From the NCBI GenBank assembly GCA_037446635.1, contig JBBIIG010000002.1, positions 102,002-166,001 of the forward strand: 64,000 nucleotides of DNA, read 5' to 3'. Every line of letters starts with the position of its first letter. Position 1 is the stretch's first letter. The notes under the pieces are model-generated. The model had not been told where the DNA came from and ran no database searches. It saw only the letters and a list, made by a program, of their open reading frames with translations. A program made the translations under genes and the position numbers. This document shows positions 9,442 to 18,759 of the stretch, piece after piece. The stretch comes from a bacterium (GTDB taxonomy: Bacteria > Zhuqueibacterota > Zhuqueibacteria > Oceanimicrobiales > Oceanimicrobiaceae).

Positions 9442-9576
9442 GATTGGGCAACGCAACCGGAAATGTCCCTTCCTTCAAAGACAAATTACGGTCAATTATA
9501 AAAACTCTTTAAAAACTGAGACTTAATCTCGGTGCCAGAGACGATGATGAACAAAACACATTGGGTTTGGTAAACT

Positions 9577-10140
9577 GTGGCGCGAGTAAGAAGCTATCAA
9601 AAACACATTGCCTGTTTGGAATCCCTTTGGAACCAGGATATCGAAAACCGTCTTACAGTCGTGCCCATTTTGGAGCTGGTCACCAAAGTCGATCACCTGA
9701 AGTTCATTTATTTGACCTGCAACACCAGCGAGGAACTGTACTACAATCTGCGCAAGCTCAAGCGAAAACGCGCTTACGGTATTCTCTACCTTTCATTTCA
9801 TGGCCGGCGCGGCGAGATTGTTCTCGATGAAAAGCCCATCGATTTGGAAACGCTGGCGGAGTTGATGGGGCGTGGTTTCACCGATTGGGTGGTGCACTTC
9901 GGAACCTGTGCCACTATCAACGTGGAGAAGCAGCGCATCATGGAGTTCATCAACAAAACCAACGTGTCACTGGTGCTGGGCTATAAAATCGACGTGCCGT
10001 GGATCGAAAGCGCGGCGCTGGATATTCTGCTGTTCGACTGGCTGCAGTCCTACAAAGACATGCGGCGCTTCTGGTACAACTTCCGCAAACGCCACGCCGA
10101 TTTGATCTCGCTTACGGGGTTGACGGCGTTTCACCGGTAG
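9577..10140 (+). CDS. Hypothetical 187-aa protein with a caspase-p20-like arrangement of putative catalytic residues (His75-Gly, Cys111); GTG start
   Basis: Isolated + strand gene between two - strand genes. Hydrophobic strand YLSFHG then, 36 residues later, VVHFGTCAT. Fold assignment is inference only. Confidence 0.5.
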   Translation: MARVRSYQKHIACLESLWNQDIENRLTVVPILELVTKVDHLKFIYLTCNTSEELYYNLRKLKRKRAYGILYLSFHGRRGEIVLDEKPIDLETLAELMGRGFTDWVVHFGTCATINVEKQRIMEFINKTNVSLVLGYKIDVPWIESAALDILLFDWLQSYKDMRRFWYNFRKRHADLISLTGLTAFHR

Positions 10141-10259
10141 CGCTGCGGACGCATTTCACTTGGCAAAGCCGCCGAGGCTATAGGCCTGGCGACGAAATGG
10201 AAAATGCTACAAGTGCTGGCCAAGCGTCACGCGCCACTCAACTATTCCGCCCTTTTCGA

Positions 10260-12683
10260 TTATTGCCGGCCAATAACCTCCGGATAGGTCCCGGGAATCA
10301 TCAGCGGCAGAGGGCGGCCGGGACTCTCACTGAGCAGCCGGATAAATTTCAAAAACGGATCGTTCTCACTTTTCGCTGAGACGGGCGAAAGCCGTTCGCG
10401 CAAATTCAGCCAGCCTTTGCTGCGGGGAGTTTCGATGATCTCCACTTCGTCGCCGGGGCGAATTCCGGCTGCTTTTTGGGCGATGGCGATGGCCGTCAGC
10501 AATCCGCCAATTTCATCCACCAGCCCCATCTCCTTGCCGCGCTGTCCGGAATAGACCCGGCCTTCGGCGATCTCGCGGACTTTTTCTTCCGGTAAACTTC
10601 TCCCCGCGGCCACTTTCTGCACAAACATATCATAATATTTTTTGATGCTGCGTTCCGCCAGCGCGCGTTCTTCTTCATTGAGATTGCGCGCCGGCACCTG
10701 CAAGTTCAGGAACGGCAGCGTGACGCCGCGCCCCAGATCGGCGTGCTCGCCGCGTTTGACGAGATCGGAGGCCATGCCGGCTTTTTCGCTGAAGCCTTTG
10801 TCGTACAGCCAGCCGCCAATCACGCCAATGGAGCCAGTGACGGTGGTCGCTCCGGCCACAATAGTATCGGCGTACATAGAAATCCAGTAGCCGCCGGAGC
10901 CGGCCACCTGCCCTTGTGAGACCATCACCGGCTTGCGCTCGCTGCAGGTTTTGAGCGCTTCGGCCACCAGGTCGCTGGCCAGGGCGTCGCCGCCGGGGGA
11001 GTCCACCCGGAAGACCACGGCCTTCACCGAGTTATCTTTCGCTAAATTCAAAAACACCCGTTCCAGCCAGCGGGCGCGGATGCCTTCATCCATAGCGCAG
11101 ACGCCGAGTCCATAGACCACGGCGATTTTCGGCGGCTCGCCCCAGTTTTGCTGAGGAACCGCGTTCGCTAAAAGTCGCTGCGGCGGCAGACTTTTTTTTC
11201 TGCGGCCGGTCAGGTTTTTGATGATGTCGTCGAGCTGCGACCAGCGGCCCAGCGTATCCACCAACCCCAACTGCAGCGCCTGCTCCGGCAGAATGAAACT
11301 TTCGTCATCAATAATTTCATCAAATTTTTGGGCGCTGAACTCTCTGGCTGCGCAGACCTCGGCGCGAGTGAGCTCGTACAGATCGTCCACGTAATCCTGC
11401 AACTGCTCGCGGTCGGCGTCGGACATGGAATCGCGGCTGAGAATTTCCGCCGCGGATTTATATTTGAAATAGCGCCACTCGTCGAAACCCAGTCCCAATT
11501 TTTCCAGCGTGCCTTTGAAATAAGTTTTGCCCAGCGCGTACCCCTGCAGCCAGAGCGAGCCCTGCGGATCGAGGACAATTTTGTCCGCAATACTTGCCAG
11601 GTGATACGAGGTCATGTCGCCAACATCGATGAAGACGACAATTTTCTTACCGGCTTGCTGCGCGGCTCGCAGCGCTTCGCGGATTTCCCAGGCGTGTTCG
11701 GGACGCACTTTCATGGCGGAGAGATTGAGCGCCAGCGCCGCCACTCGCGGATCCTCCGCAGCGGCTTCGATGTTGTGGAGAATGTCGAGCAGAGGCAGGG
11801 CGTCGTCATCAAACAGAACGTATTTCAAATGCTCGACCCGGCCTTTTAAATTGAACGGCGTGTAGCTGCCGCCTTTACCAAATGTTGTTTGAACGAAGCT
11901 GGGTTTCATGCCGCCGACCCGCAGCGCGTAGGTCTGAAAATCGTGATCGCCCCCGTCATCAAAATGGGATTGCGACGCCACCCTGCTGGCGCCAAAATTA
12001 AGACTCAGTCCCAGCGTGAAGGCGTCGGATTTAAAATAGCGCCCCACGAAATGGACGCCAGACAGCACCTCCAGCGCGGCGCCGGCGCTCCACTCCGCGT
12101 CTTTGATCGCGACGCCGTTTTGCAGCGCGGCGTCGGCAAACAGCGTGAGTTTTGGCCAACCAAATGGCCGCAAGCCAATCTCCCCCACCCCTTCGCGGCT
12201 GCTGCTTTCCAGAGAAAAATTGCCGGTGAGTCCGAAAGATAATCCGGGCGCAGGACGAAGAATCGCGCCCACCGCCAGCAATTTTTCCCGGGTCAACGCG
12301 TCGAAGCGGCCAGCGGACCAACCGTAGGCCAGTCCAACTGCCGCGGCGCGGGTGCCCCAGCCGGTGGCGAGCCGGAAATCGGTGACGCCGATGCCGCCAA
12401 ATTTTTGACGCTGAATTGAAAATCCCAAATGCGGGACGCCGGCAAATACGCCCCAATCATTAAGAGAGGCCAGATCGGAGCCGTCGGTGGACCACAGGAA
12501 ATTGAGCTCGGGATTTGGCAGCAGCGAAATGCTCGCGGGATTGGCGAACCCCAGCAGGCCGTTTTGAAACGCGGCCGGCGGCGCGAATAGAAAGCGGCTG
12601 CGAGTGTAGTAGTCGGGAAGGGGCTGGGCGAAAACGTCAGTAGCGAATGCGATCGCAAAAAATGCGTTTAACCAAAGTTTCAT
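10260..12683 (-). CDS. sppA: Signal peptide peptidase SppA (tandem S49 domains) with an N-terminal 270-aa Gly/aromatic-rich beta-barrel-like extension and signal peptide
   Basis: Two S49 modules (VFIDVGDMTSYHLASIADKI; VVFRVDSPGG ... GSGGYWISMYADTIVA). GGGAGGA RBS before MKLWLNAFFAIAFA. The ORF-track start is 4 codons upstream. Confidence 0.8.
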   Translation of the reverse strand: MKLWLNAFFAIAFATDVFAQPLPDYYTRSRFLFAPPAAFQNGLLGFANPASISLLPNPELNFLWSTDGSDLASLNDWGVFAGVPHLGFSIQRQKFGGIGVTDFRLATGWGTRAAAVGLAYGWSAGRFDALTREKLLAVGAILRPAPGLSFGLTGNFSLESSSREGVGEIGLRPFGWPKLTLFADAALQNGVAIKDAEWSAGAALEVLSGVHFVGRYFKSDAFTLGLSLNFGASRVASQSHFDDGGDHDFQTYALRVGGMKPSFVQTTFGKGGSYTPFNLKGRVEHLKYVLFDDDALPLLDILHNIEAAAEDPRVAALALNLSAMKVRPEHAWEIREALRAAQQAGKKIVVFIDVGDMTSYHLASIADKIVLDPQGSLWLQGYALGKTYFKGTLEKLGLGFDEWRYFKYKSAAEILSRDSMSDADREQLQDYVDDLYELTRAEVCAAREFSAQKFDEIIDDESFILPEQALQLGLVDTLGRWSQLDDIIKNLTGRRKKSLPPQRLLANAVPQQNWGEPPKIAVVYGLGVCAMDEGIRARWLERVFLNLAKDNSVKAVVFRVDSPGGDALASDLVAEALKTCSERKPVMVSQGQVAGSGGYWISMYADTIVAGATTVTGSIGVIGGWLYDKGFSEKAGMASDLVKRGEHADLGRGVTLPFLNLQVPARNLNEEERALAERSIKKYYDMFVQKVAAGRSLPEEKVREIAEGRVYSGQRGKEMGLVDEIGGLLTAIAIAQKAAGIRPGDEVEIIETPRSKGWLNLRERLSPVSAKSENDPFLKFIRLLSESPGRPLPLMIPGTYPEVIGRQ

Positions 12684-12715
12684 TTGTCCTCCCAAAGTTT
12701 TAAGCTATTAGAGGT

Positions 12716-12852
12716 CGGCTATCAGCTTTCAGCCAAAAACTCAAGCCTTGCATGACTGTCCGGATCAAACACCGTCTGAGACGGTGTTTGATTAGCAATG
12801 TGCTGAGTATCGGTGAAACCGGCTGATCGCTGAAAGCTAATCGCTGATAGCT
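12716..12852. repeat. Nested inverted-repeat element: outer arms GGCTATCAGCTTTCAGCC / GCTGAAAGCT..GCTGATAGC around a perfect palindrome ATCAAACACCGTCTGAGACGGTGTTTGAT
   Basis: Read directly in the sequence. Lies between sppA and the S9 peptidase and overlaps the 3' end of the latter. The inner palindrome shares half-sites with the 4507 and 4553 motifs. Confidence 0.35.
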
Positions 12853-14996
12853 AACACATCCAGCACAAACGCGTACTCGAACGCGGTCTCTTTCAGGGCG
12901 TCGTAGCGGCCGGAGGCGCCGCCGTGTCCCGCGCCCATGTTGGTTTTCAAAAGTAGGCGGTTGGCGTCGGTTTTCAGAGCGCGCAGTTTCGCCGTCCATT
13001 TGGCCGGCTCCCAGTACTGCACCCGCGGGTCATTCAGGCCAGCGGTGATCAGCAAATTGGGATATGCTTTCGCCTCCACATTGTCGTAGGGCGAATACGA
13101 CAGCATGTAATCGAAATATTCTTTGTTTTTGGGATTGCCCCACTCCTCGAACTCCGTCACTGTCAGCGGAATCGATTCGTCCAACATGGTGTTGATGACG
13201 TCCACGAACGGCACGTGCGCAACGATGACTTTAAACAAATCCGGGCGCAGGTTGGCGACCGCGCCCATCAGCAGGCCGCCGGCGCTGCCGCCCATCGCGG
13301 CCAGCCGGTCGGGCGACGTATATTTCTCCGCAATCAAATGCTCGGCGCAAGCGATGAAATCGGTAAAGGTATTTTTCTTTTTCAGCAGCTTGCCGTCGTC
13401 GTACCACGGCCGCCCCATTTCGCCGCCGCCGCGAATGTGCGCCACCGCAAAAATAAACCCGCGATCCAGCAGGCTCAGCCGCGTCGATTTGAAATCCGGG
13501 TCGCGGCTGGCGCCGTACGAACCGTAGGCGTACAAATAGAGCGGGTTGCGGCCGTCTTTGACCATTCCTTTTTTATACACCAGGGAAATCGGCACCAACA
13601 CGCCGTCCGCGGCTTTGGCAAAAATGCGCTCGGATTGATACTGCGCGGGGTCGTATCCGCCCAGCACCTCGGTCTGTTTTTTCAACTCGCGGGTGCGGTT
13701 GCTCATGTTATAATCGAACACCGACTCCGGCGTCACCAGCGAGGTGTAACGAAAGCGCAGGACCTCGGTTTTGAATTCGGGATTGTCGCTGATGCGAATG
13801 GCGTACGCGGGTTCGTCAAACGTGACGTAATGGGTCTGCTGGTTCCGTCCGCCTGCCTGCGCCGGCAGGCGAAGCGGATCCGCGCTTGCGGACAGATCGG
13901 TGACGCGGATTTTGCGCAGACCGTTCTCGCGCTCATATACTACCAAATAATTTTCAAAGGGCTGGATTTCATCAATCTTCACGTTGGCGCGATGCGGAAT
14001 CACCTCCCGCCAATTCTTTTTCGCGGGGTTGGCCACGGGCGCCGCCACCACTTTAAAATTTAGGGCGCCGTCGTTGGTGTTGATATAAAATTTGTCGCCG
14101 TGATGTTCGACATAATATTCCATCTGATGCTGGCGCGGATGAATGATTTTGAAGTCGGCCGCCGGTTTGTTGGCGTCGAGGTAGCGGACTTCGGTGGTGC
14201 TGGCGCTTTCTAATTTCAAAAACAGATAGGCCTGGCTGCGGCTTTTGCCGAGGCCGAGAAAATACATCTCGTCGGTTTCGTGGTAAATCAAAACATCCTG
14301 CTCGACCGGCGTTCCCAGCGTGTGCCGAAAAAGCTTGTACGGACGTTTGGCGTGATCGAAGGTGCTGTAGAAAAACGTGCGGTTGTCGTTGGCCCACTCC
14401 AGCGAATACTCGGTTTTGGGAATCACATCCGGTAGCAATTCGCCGGTGGGGAGATTTTTCACCAGCACGGTGTAGCTTTCGCCGCCGGTGGTATCCACCG
14501 AAAACGCCAGCAGCTCCTGATTGGGGCTGACTTTGAACACACCGACTCTAAAATATTTTCGGCCCGCCGCCAACTGATTTTCATCGAGAATGATCTCCTC
14601 GGGGGCATCGAGGCTGCCTTTTTTGCGGCAGTGGATGGGATACTGCTGGCCCTGCTCGGTGCGCTTGTAGTAAAAATAATCGCCGAATTTTTCCGGCACC
14701 TCGAGATCGGTTTCTTTGATGCGCGCCACCATTTCGTTATAAAGTTTTTGCTGCAAGTCTTGAGTGTGCGCCATCACGGCTTCGGTGTATTTGTTCTCCG
14801 CTTCAAGATACGCGATCACCTGCGGGTTGTCCCGTTCCCGCAGCCAGAAGTAGTTGTCGGTGCGAGAGACGCCGTGCACGCTGACATCTTTGGGGATAAC
14901 TTTGGCTACCGGCGGGGTTAGATGGCTGCGGTCCGAGCAGGACGCCGCCAAAATCAGAATCAAGCTCAGACAAACGCTGCGCAGTTTCAGGATCAT
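12837..14996 (-). CDS. S9A-family prolyl oligopeptidase / oligopeptidase B-like lipoprotein
   Basis: N-terminal beta-propeller region and a C-terminal alpha/beta hydrolase with GGSAGG (nucleophile Ser). Lipobox LAASC. AGGAG RBS before MILKLRS; the ORF-track start is 21 codons upstream. Confidence 0.85.
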   Translation of the reverse strand: MILKLRSVCLSLILILAASCSDRSHLTPPVAKVIPKDVSVHGVSRTDNYFWLRERDNPQVIAYLEAENKYTEAVMAHTQDLQQKLYNEMVARIKETDLEVPEKFGDYFYYKRTEQGQQYPIHCRKKGSLDAPEEIILDENQLAAGRKYFRVGVFKVSPNQELLAFSVDTTGGESYTVLVKNLPTGELLPDVIPKTEYSLEWANDNRTFFYSTFDHAKRPYKLFRHTLGTPVEQDVLIYHETDEMYFLGLGKSRSQAYLFLKLESASTTEVRYLDANKPAADFKIIHPRQHQMEYYVEHHGDKFYINTNDGALNFKVVAAPVANPAKKNWREVIPHRANVKIDEIQPFENYLVVYERENGLRKIRVTDLSASADPLRLPAQAGGRNQQTHYVTFDEPAYAIRISDNPEFKTEVLRFRYTSLVTPESVFDYNMSNRTRELKKQTEVLGGYDPAQYQSERIFAKAADGVLVPISLVYKKGMVKDGRNPLYLYAYGSYGASRDPDFKSTRLSLLDRGFIFAVAHIRGGGEMGRPWYDDGKLLKKKNTFTDFIACAEHLIAEKYTSPDRLAAMGGSAGGLLMGAVANLRPDLFKVIVAHVPFVDVINTMLDESIPLTVTEFEEWGNPKNKEYFDYMLSYSPYDNVEAKAYPNLLITAGLNDPRVQYWEPAKWTAKLRALKTDANRLLLKTNMGAGHGGASGRYDALKETAFEYAFVLDVLAISD

Positions 14997-15259
14997 TTCA
15001 GGGTCTCCTCTATCAATATTCGAGCGCCGAAATATACAGCTTTGGCCAACAGCAGGCAAATTATTTATTCAAAAATTAACTTGACACTTAGGCTAAGCTT
15101 TTTATCTTTGAGGATTGTTATCCAGCGCTGATTCGCTTTCCTCGACGCTCCACCCTAACTCAGCATTCAGCTCACTTCATACCAATAATGGGATAACACG
15201 GCGGTTCGTTTCACTAAAAAACGTTTTCCAAGCTGCATCATTTTTAAAAAGGAGATGTT

Positions 15260-16831
15260 ATGCGTAAACTGCGTGTCGGCGTAATCGACCTTGTCACCAA
15301 AGCGCCCACGCGCGCCCTGTACGCGCGGGTGATGCACGCCAATCTTGCCAGCATCATGCCGCAGGTGATTGCGCTCTGGTGCGAGCAGGAGGGGCACGAG
15401 GTGCATTTTGTGTGCTTCACCGGGTTTGAAAATTTAGTCGAAGAGCTGCCGGAAAAAGTTGACCTGGTTTTCATCGGCTCGTTTTCGCAGGCGGCGCAAT
15501 TGGCCTACGCCCTGAGCAATCTTTTCCGCTCAAAGGGCGCGGTTACTGTGCTGGGCGGCCCTCATGCCCGCTGCTACCCGCAGGACGCGCAAAAATATTT
15601 CGACTACGTGCTCGGCTTCACCAACAAAACCATGATCCACGATATTTTGGGCGACTGCTACCCACACCGTCCGCTGGGAATGCGCATGGATGCCGGCGAG
15701 CAGCCGACTTCCCTACCGGGGGTGAAAGAACGCTGGAAATACATCGAGCCCACTCTCAAAAAAGCGCCGCTCATCAAAATCGTGCCGATGTTAGGAAGTC
15801 TTGGCTGCCCCTACACCTGCGGCTTCTGCATCGATGCCGCGGTGAGCTATCAACCGCTGGATTATGATGTGATCAAAGAAGACTTGCGTTTTCTCCTCAC
15901 CAAAATGAAGCGGCCGCGCGTCGCCTGGCATGATCCCAATTTTGGCGTGCGTTTTGACGAAATCATGGACGCCATCGAGGAAGCGGCGCCGCCGGACAGC
16001 ATCGATTTCATTGCCGAAAGCAGTTTGTCGCTGCTGGCGGAGCCGAACTTGAAGCGCCTTAAACGCAACGGCTTCAAAGCGCTGCTCCCCGGAATCGAGT
16101 CGTGGTACGATCTCGGCAATAAATCCAAAACCGGCGCCCGGCAGGGAATGGAAAAAGTGCGGCGCGTCTCCGAGCACGTCAACCTGATTATGAAATACAT
16201 CCCCTACGTGCAAACCAATTTTGTGCTGGGGCTGGACGTGGATGAAGGCGCCGAGCCCTTCGAGCTTACCAAGCGTTTCGTGGATTTGACGCCGGCCGCC
16301 TTTCCCGGCTACTCGCTGCTCTCGGCTTTCGGGCAGGCCGCGCAGCTCAACCTCGATTACCAGCGCGCCAACCGCGTGCTGCCCTTCCCCTTCCACTTTC
16401 TCAACAATAATCACGCGATGAATGTGCGGCCGAAAAATTACACCTGGCCGGAATTTTATGATTACGTGGTGGACTTAACCAAATATACCTTTTCCTGGGA
16501 AAGAATCTGGAAACGCCACCAAGCCACGCGCATGGCCATCCCCAAGTGGATGAATTCCATTCGCGGCGTGTCATCCGAAGGGTTTGGCCGCATTCGCTAC
16601 CACAGTGAAATTCGCCGCCGCCTGGACGAGGATTTGGAACTGCGGCGCTTCTTCGAGCAGGAGACCAATGAAATTCCGCAATTTTACGTGAACCGCGTGA
16701 AGACGGAATTAGGCCCGCTGTGGCAATGGCTGCCCAAAGGCGCGCTCTATCACGATCCGCACGCCTATCTCAAAGCCGAGCAGGCGAATAATTTATCACG
16801 GAAGGCGATTTTGGCAGTGGCGGCTGGGTAA
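15260..16831 (+). CDS. B12-binding domain radical SAM protein (class B radical SAM)
   Basis: N-terminal cobalamin-binding-like Rossmann region, CxxxCxxC as CPYTCGFC, about 520 aa. AGGAG RBS. Confidence 0.85.
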   Translation: MRKLRVGVIDLVTKAPTRALYARVMHANLASIMPQVIALWCEQEGHEVHFVCFTGFENLVEELPEKVDLVFIGSFSQAAQLAYALSNLFRSKGAVTVLGGPHARCYPQDAQKYFDYVLGFTNKTMIHDILGDCYPHRPLGMRMDAGEQPTSLPGVKERWKYIEPTLKKAPLIKIVPMLGSLGCPYTCGFCIDAAVSYQPLDYDVIKEDLRFLLTKMKRPRVAWHDPNFGVRFDEIMDAIEEAAPPDSIDFIAESSLSLLAEPNLKRLKRNGFKALLPGIESWYDLGNKSKTGARQGMEKVRRVSEHVNLIMKYIPYVQTNFVLGLDVDEGAEPFELTKRFVDLTPAAFPGYSLLSAFGQAAQLNLDYQRANRVLPFPFHFLNNNHAMNVRPKNYTWPEFYDYVVDLTKYTFSWERIWKRHQATRMAIPKWMNSIRGVSSEGFGRIRYHSEIRRRLDEDLELRRFFEQETNEIPQFYVNRVKTELGPLWQWLPKGALYHDPHAYLKAEQANNLSRKAILAVAAG

Positions 16832-16905
16832 GGTGGATTTCAAGAGCGGAATAAAGAGGAAAACCTGCAGTGACCATAACAAATAAACCTAACAGGAGGA
16901 ACAAC

Positions 16906-17304
16906 ATGAACAATCTCAGCCGTACGGTGGCAGGCGTTGTATTCGCTGCTCTAACCTTCGTCTTGGTTACGAAGTCAGCCGAGGCGCAAGACGCTGTCAA
17001 AGTAGCCCCGAAGCATTACAAAGTGGAGATCGAAAACGACCAGGTGCGGGTGCTGCGAATTAGTTATGGCCCGCATGAAAAAGCTGCCATGCACGAGCAT
17101 CCTGCCAGCGTGGCCGTTTTCCTAACCGCTGGCAAGGGGAAATTTACCTATCCAGACGGAAAAACTGAGGAGATCAGTTGGGAAGCCGGGCAAACACTGT
17201 GGCTGCCTGCGGTCAAACACCAGCCAGAAAATCTAACCGATCAACCTTTTGAGCTTATTCAGGTGGAATTCAAGGCCAAAGAACCAGAGGTTGAGAAAAA
17301 ATAA
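16906..17304 (+). CDS. Secreted cupin-domain protein
   Basis: Signal peptide (VAGVVFAALTFVLVTKSAEA), then cupin-like His/Glu cluster (AMHEHPASVAVF). AGGAGG RBS before MNNLSR; the ORF-track start is 12 codons upstream. Confidence 0.6.
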   Translation: MNNLSRTVAGVVFAALTFVLVTKSAEAQDAVKVAPKHYKVEIENDQVRVLRISYGPHEKAAMHEHPASVAVFLTAGKGKFTYPDGKTEEISWEAGQTLWLPAVKHQPENLTDQPFELIQVEFKAKEPEVEKK

Positions 17305-17430
17305 GCCACGGGGAATTTGGTCTTGGGTTGCAGGCCACGTATCGAATGGCTGGTGCGGACGGGGTGACGGCGACATGATTTAATCCGAACTTCTTGTAAG
17401 TCGCCCCGCCGTACAGATAGGCCTTTACCT

Positions 17431-18750
17431 CTAAAGCCGCTCTCTTAAATACTCCACTAATAGATCGCTCGCCACCCGCTCCTGCGTCATGGAATCCCGC
17501 TCGCGCACGGTGACCGTTTGATCTTGCAGCGTCTGCGAATCCACCGTGATGCCGAAGGGCGTGCCGGCCTCGTCCTGGCGGCGATAGCGCCGGCCGATGG
17601 CGCCGCTCTCGTCGTAAAAGACCATGAAATGCTTCTTCAAATCCTCGTAAATTTTGAGCGCAATTTCCGGCATGCCGTCGCGCTTCACCAACGGAAAGAT
17701 GCCGGCTTTGATCGGCGCAATTTTCGGGGAGAGCCGCAGCACCACGCGGGTTTCGCCTTCCACTTCGTCTTCGTCGTAGGCGTCCACCAAACAGGTGAGG
17801 ATGGTGCGGTCGCAGCCGGCAGAGGTTTCGATGATGTAGGGGATGAAGCGCTCGCGGGTGGCGTCGTCAAAATATGTCAAATCTTTGCCGGAGAATTCCT
17901 GGTGGCGCTTCAAATCGAAGTCGGTGCGGTTGTGAATGCCCTCCAATTCTTTCCACCCGAACGGGAAGTTGTATTGAATATCGAACGCCGCGGCGGCGTA
18001 GTGCGCCAGCTCGTCTTTGCCGTGTTCGTGAAAACGCAGATTCTCTCGGCGGATACCCAGCGCATCGTACCACTGGATGCGCTGCTCTTTCCAGTATTCG
18101 AACCACTCGCGATCGCTGCCGGGCTTCACGAAAAACTGCATCTCCATCTGCTCGAACTCGCGGGTGCGAAAAGTGAAATTTTTGGGGGTGATTTCGTTGC
18201 GAAAGGCTTTGCCGATCTGCGCGATGCCGAACGGCACTTTTTTGCGCGCCGACTGCAGCACGTTGGGAAAATTCACATAAATGCCCTGCGCGGTTTCGGG
18301 CCGCAGATAAACGATGGCGGCTTCATCCTCCACCGGACCCATGTGAGTTTTGAACATCAAATTGAACATGCGGGCGGCGGTGTTGAGCTCGCCGCCGCAT
18401 ACCGGACACTGGGGTTTTTCCAGCTCATCCGGGCGGAAACGGCGCTTGCAGATTTTGCAGTCCACCATCGGGTCGGTGAAGCCGGCCACGTGGCCGGAGG
18501 CTTCCCAAATTTTGGGGTGCATCAAAATCGCGGAGTCCAGCCCCACAATGTCGTCGCGGGTTTGCACCATGCTTTTCCACCAAAACTCTTTGATGTTCTT
18601 TTTCAGTTCCACGCCCAGCGGGCCGTAATCGTAGCAGCTATCGAGTCCGCCATAAATTTCGCTGGATTGAAAAATGTATCCCCGCCGTTTGCACAGCGAG
18701 ACCAGTTTATTCATCAAATTTCCTGATTGCACAGATTTCTCTTTTGCCAT
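17431..18750 (-). CDS. glyQS: Glycine--tRNA ligase (alpha2 dimeric type)
   Basis: Class II aaRS GlyRS blocks (SSEIYGGL..YDYGPLG, FRNEITP), a Zn-finger-like CKICKRRF...CPVCG insertion and an anticodon-binding C-terminus. AAGGA RBS. Confidence 0.9.
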   Translation of the reverse strand: MAKEKSVQSGNLMNKLVSLCKRRGYIFQSSEIYGGLDSCYDYGPLGVELKKNIKEFWWKSMVQTRDDIVGLDSAILMHPKIWEASGHVAGFTDPMVDCKICKRRFRPDELEKPQCPVCGGELNTAARMFNLMFKTHMGPVEDEAAIVYLRPETAQGIYVNFPNVLQSARKKVPFGIAQIGKAFRNEITPKNFTFRTREFEQMEMQFFVKPGSDREWFEYWKEQRIQWYDALGIRRENLRFHEHGKDELAHYAAAAFDIQYNFPFGWKELEGIHNRTDFDLKRHQEFSGKDLTYFDDATRERFIPYIIETSAGCDRTILTCLVDAYDEDEVEGETRVVLRLSPKIAPIKAGIFPLVKRDGMPEIALKIYEDLKKHFMVFYDESGAIGRRYRRQDEAGTPFGITVDSQTLQDQTVTVRERDSMTQERVASDLLVEYLRERL

Positions 18751-18759
18751 GAAACGTCC

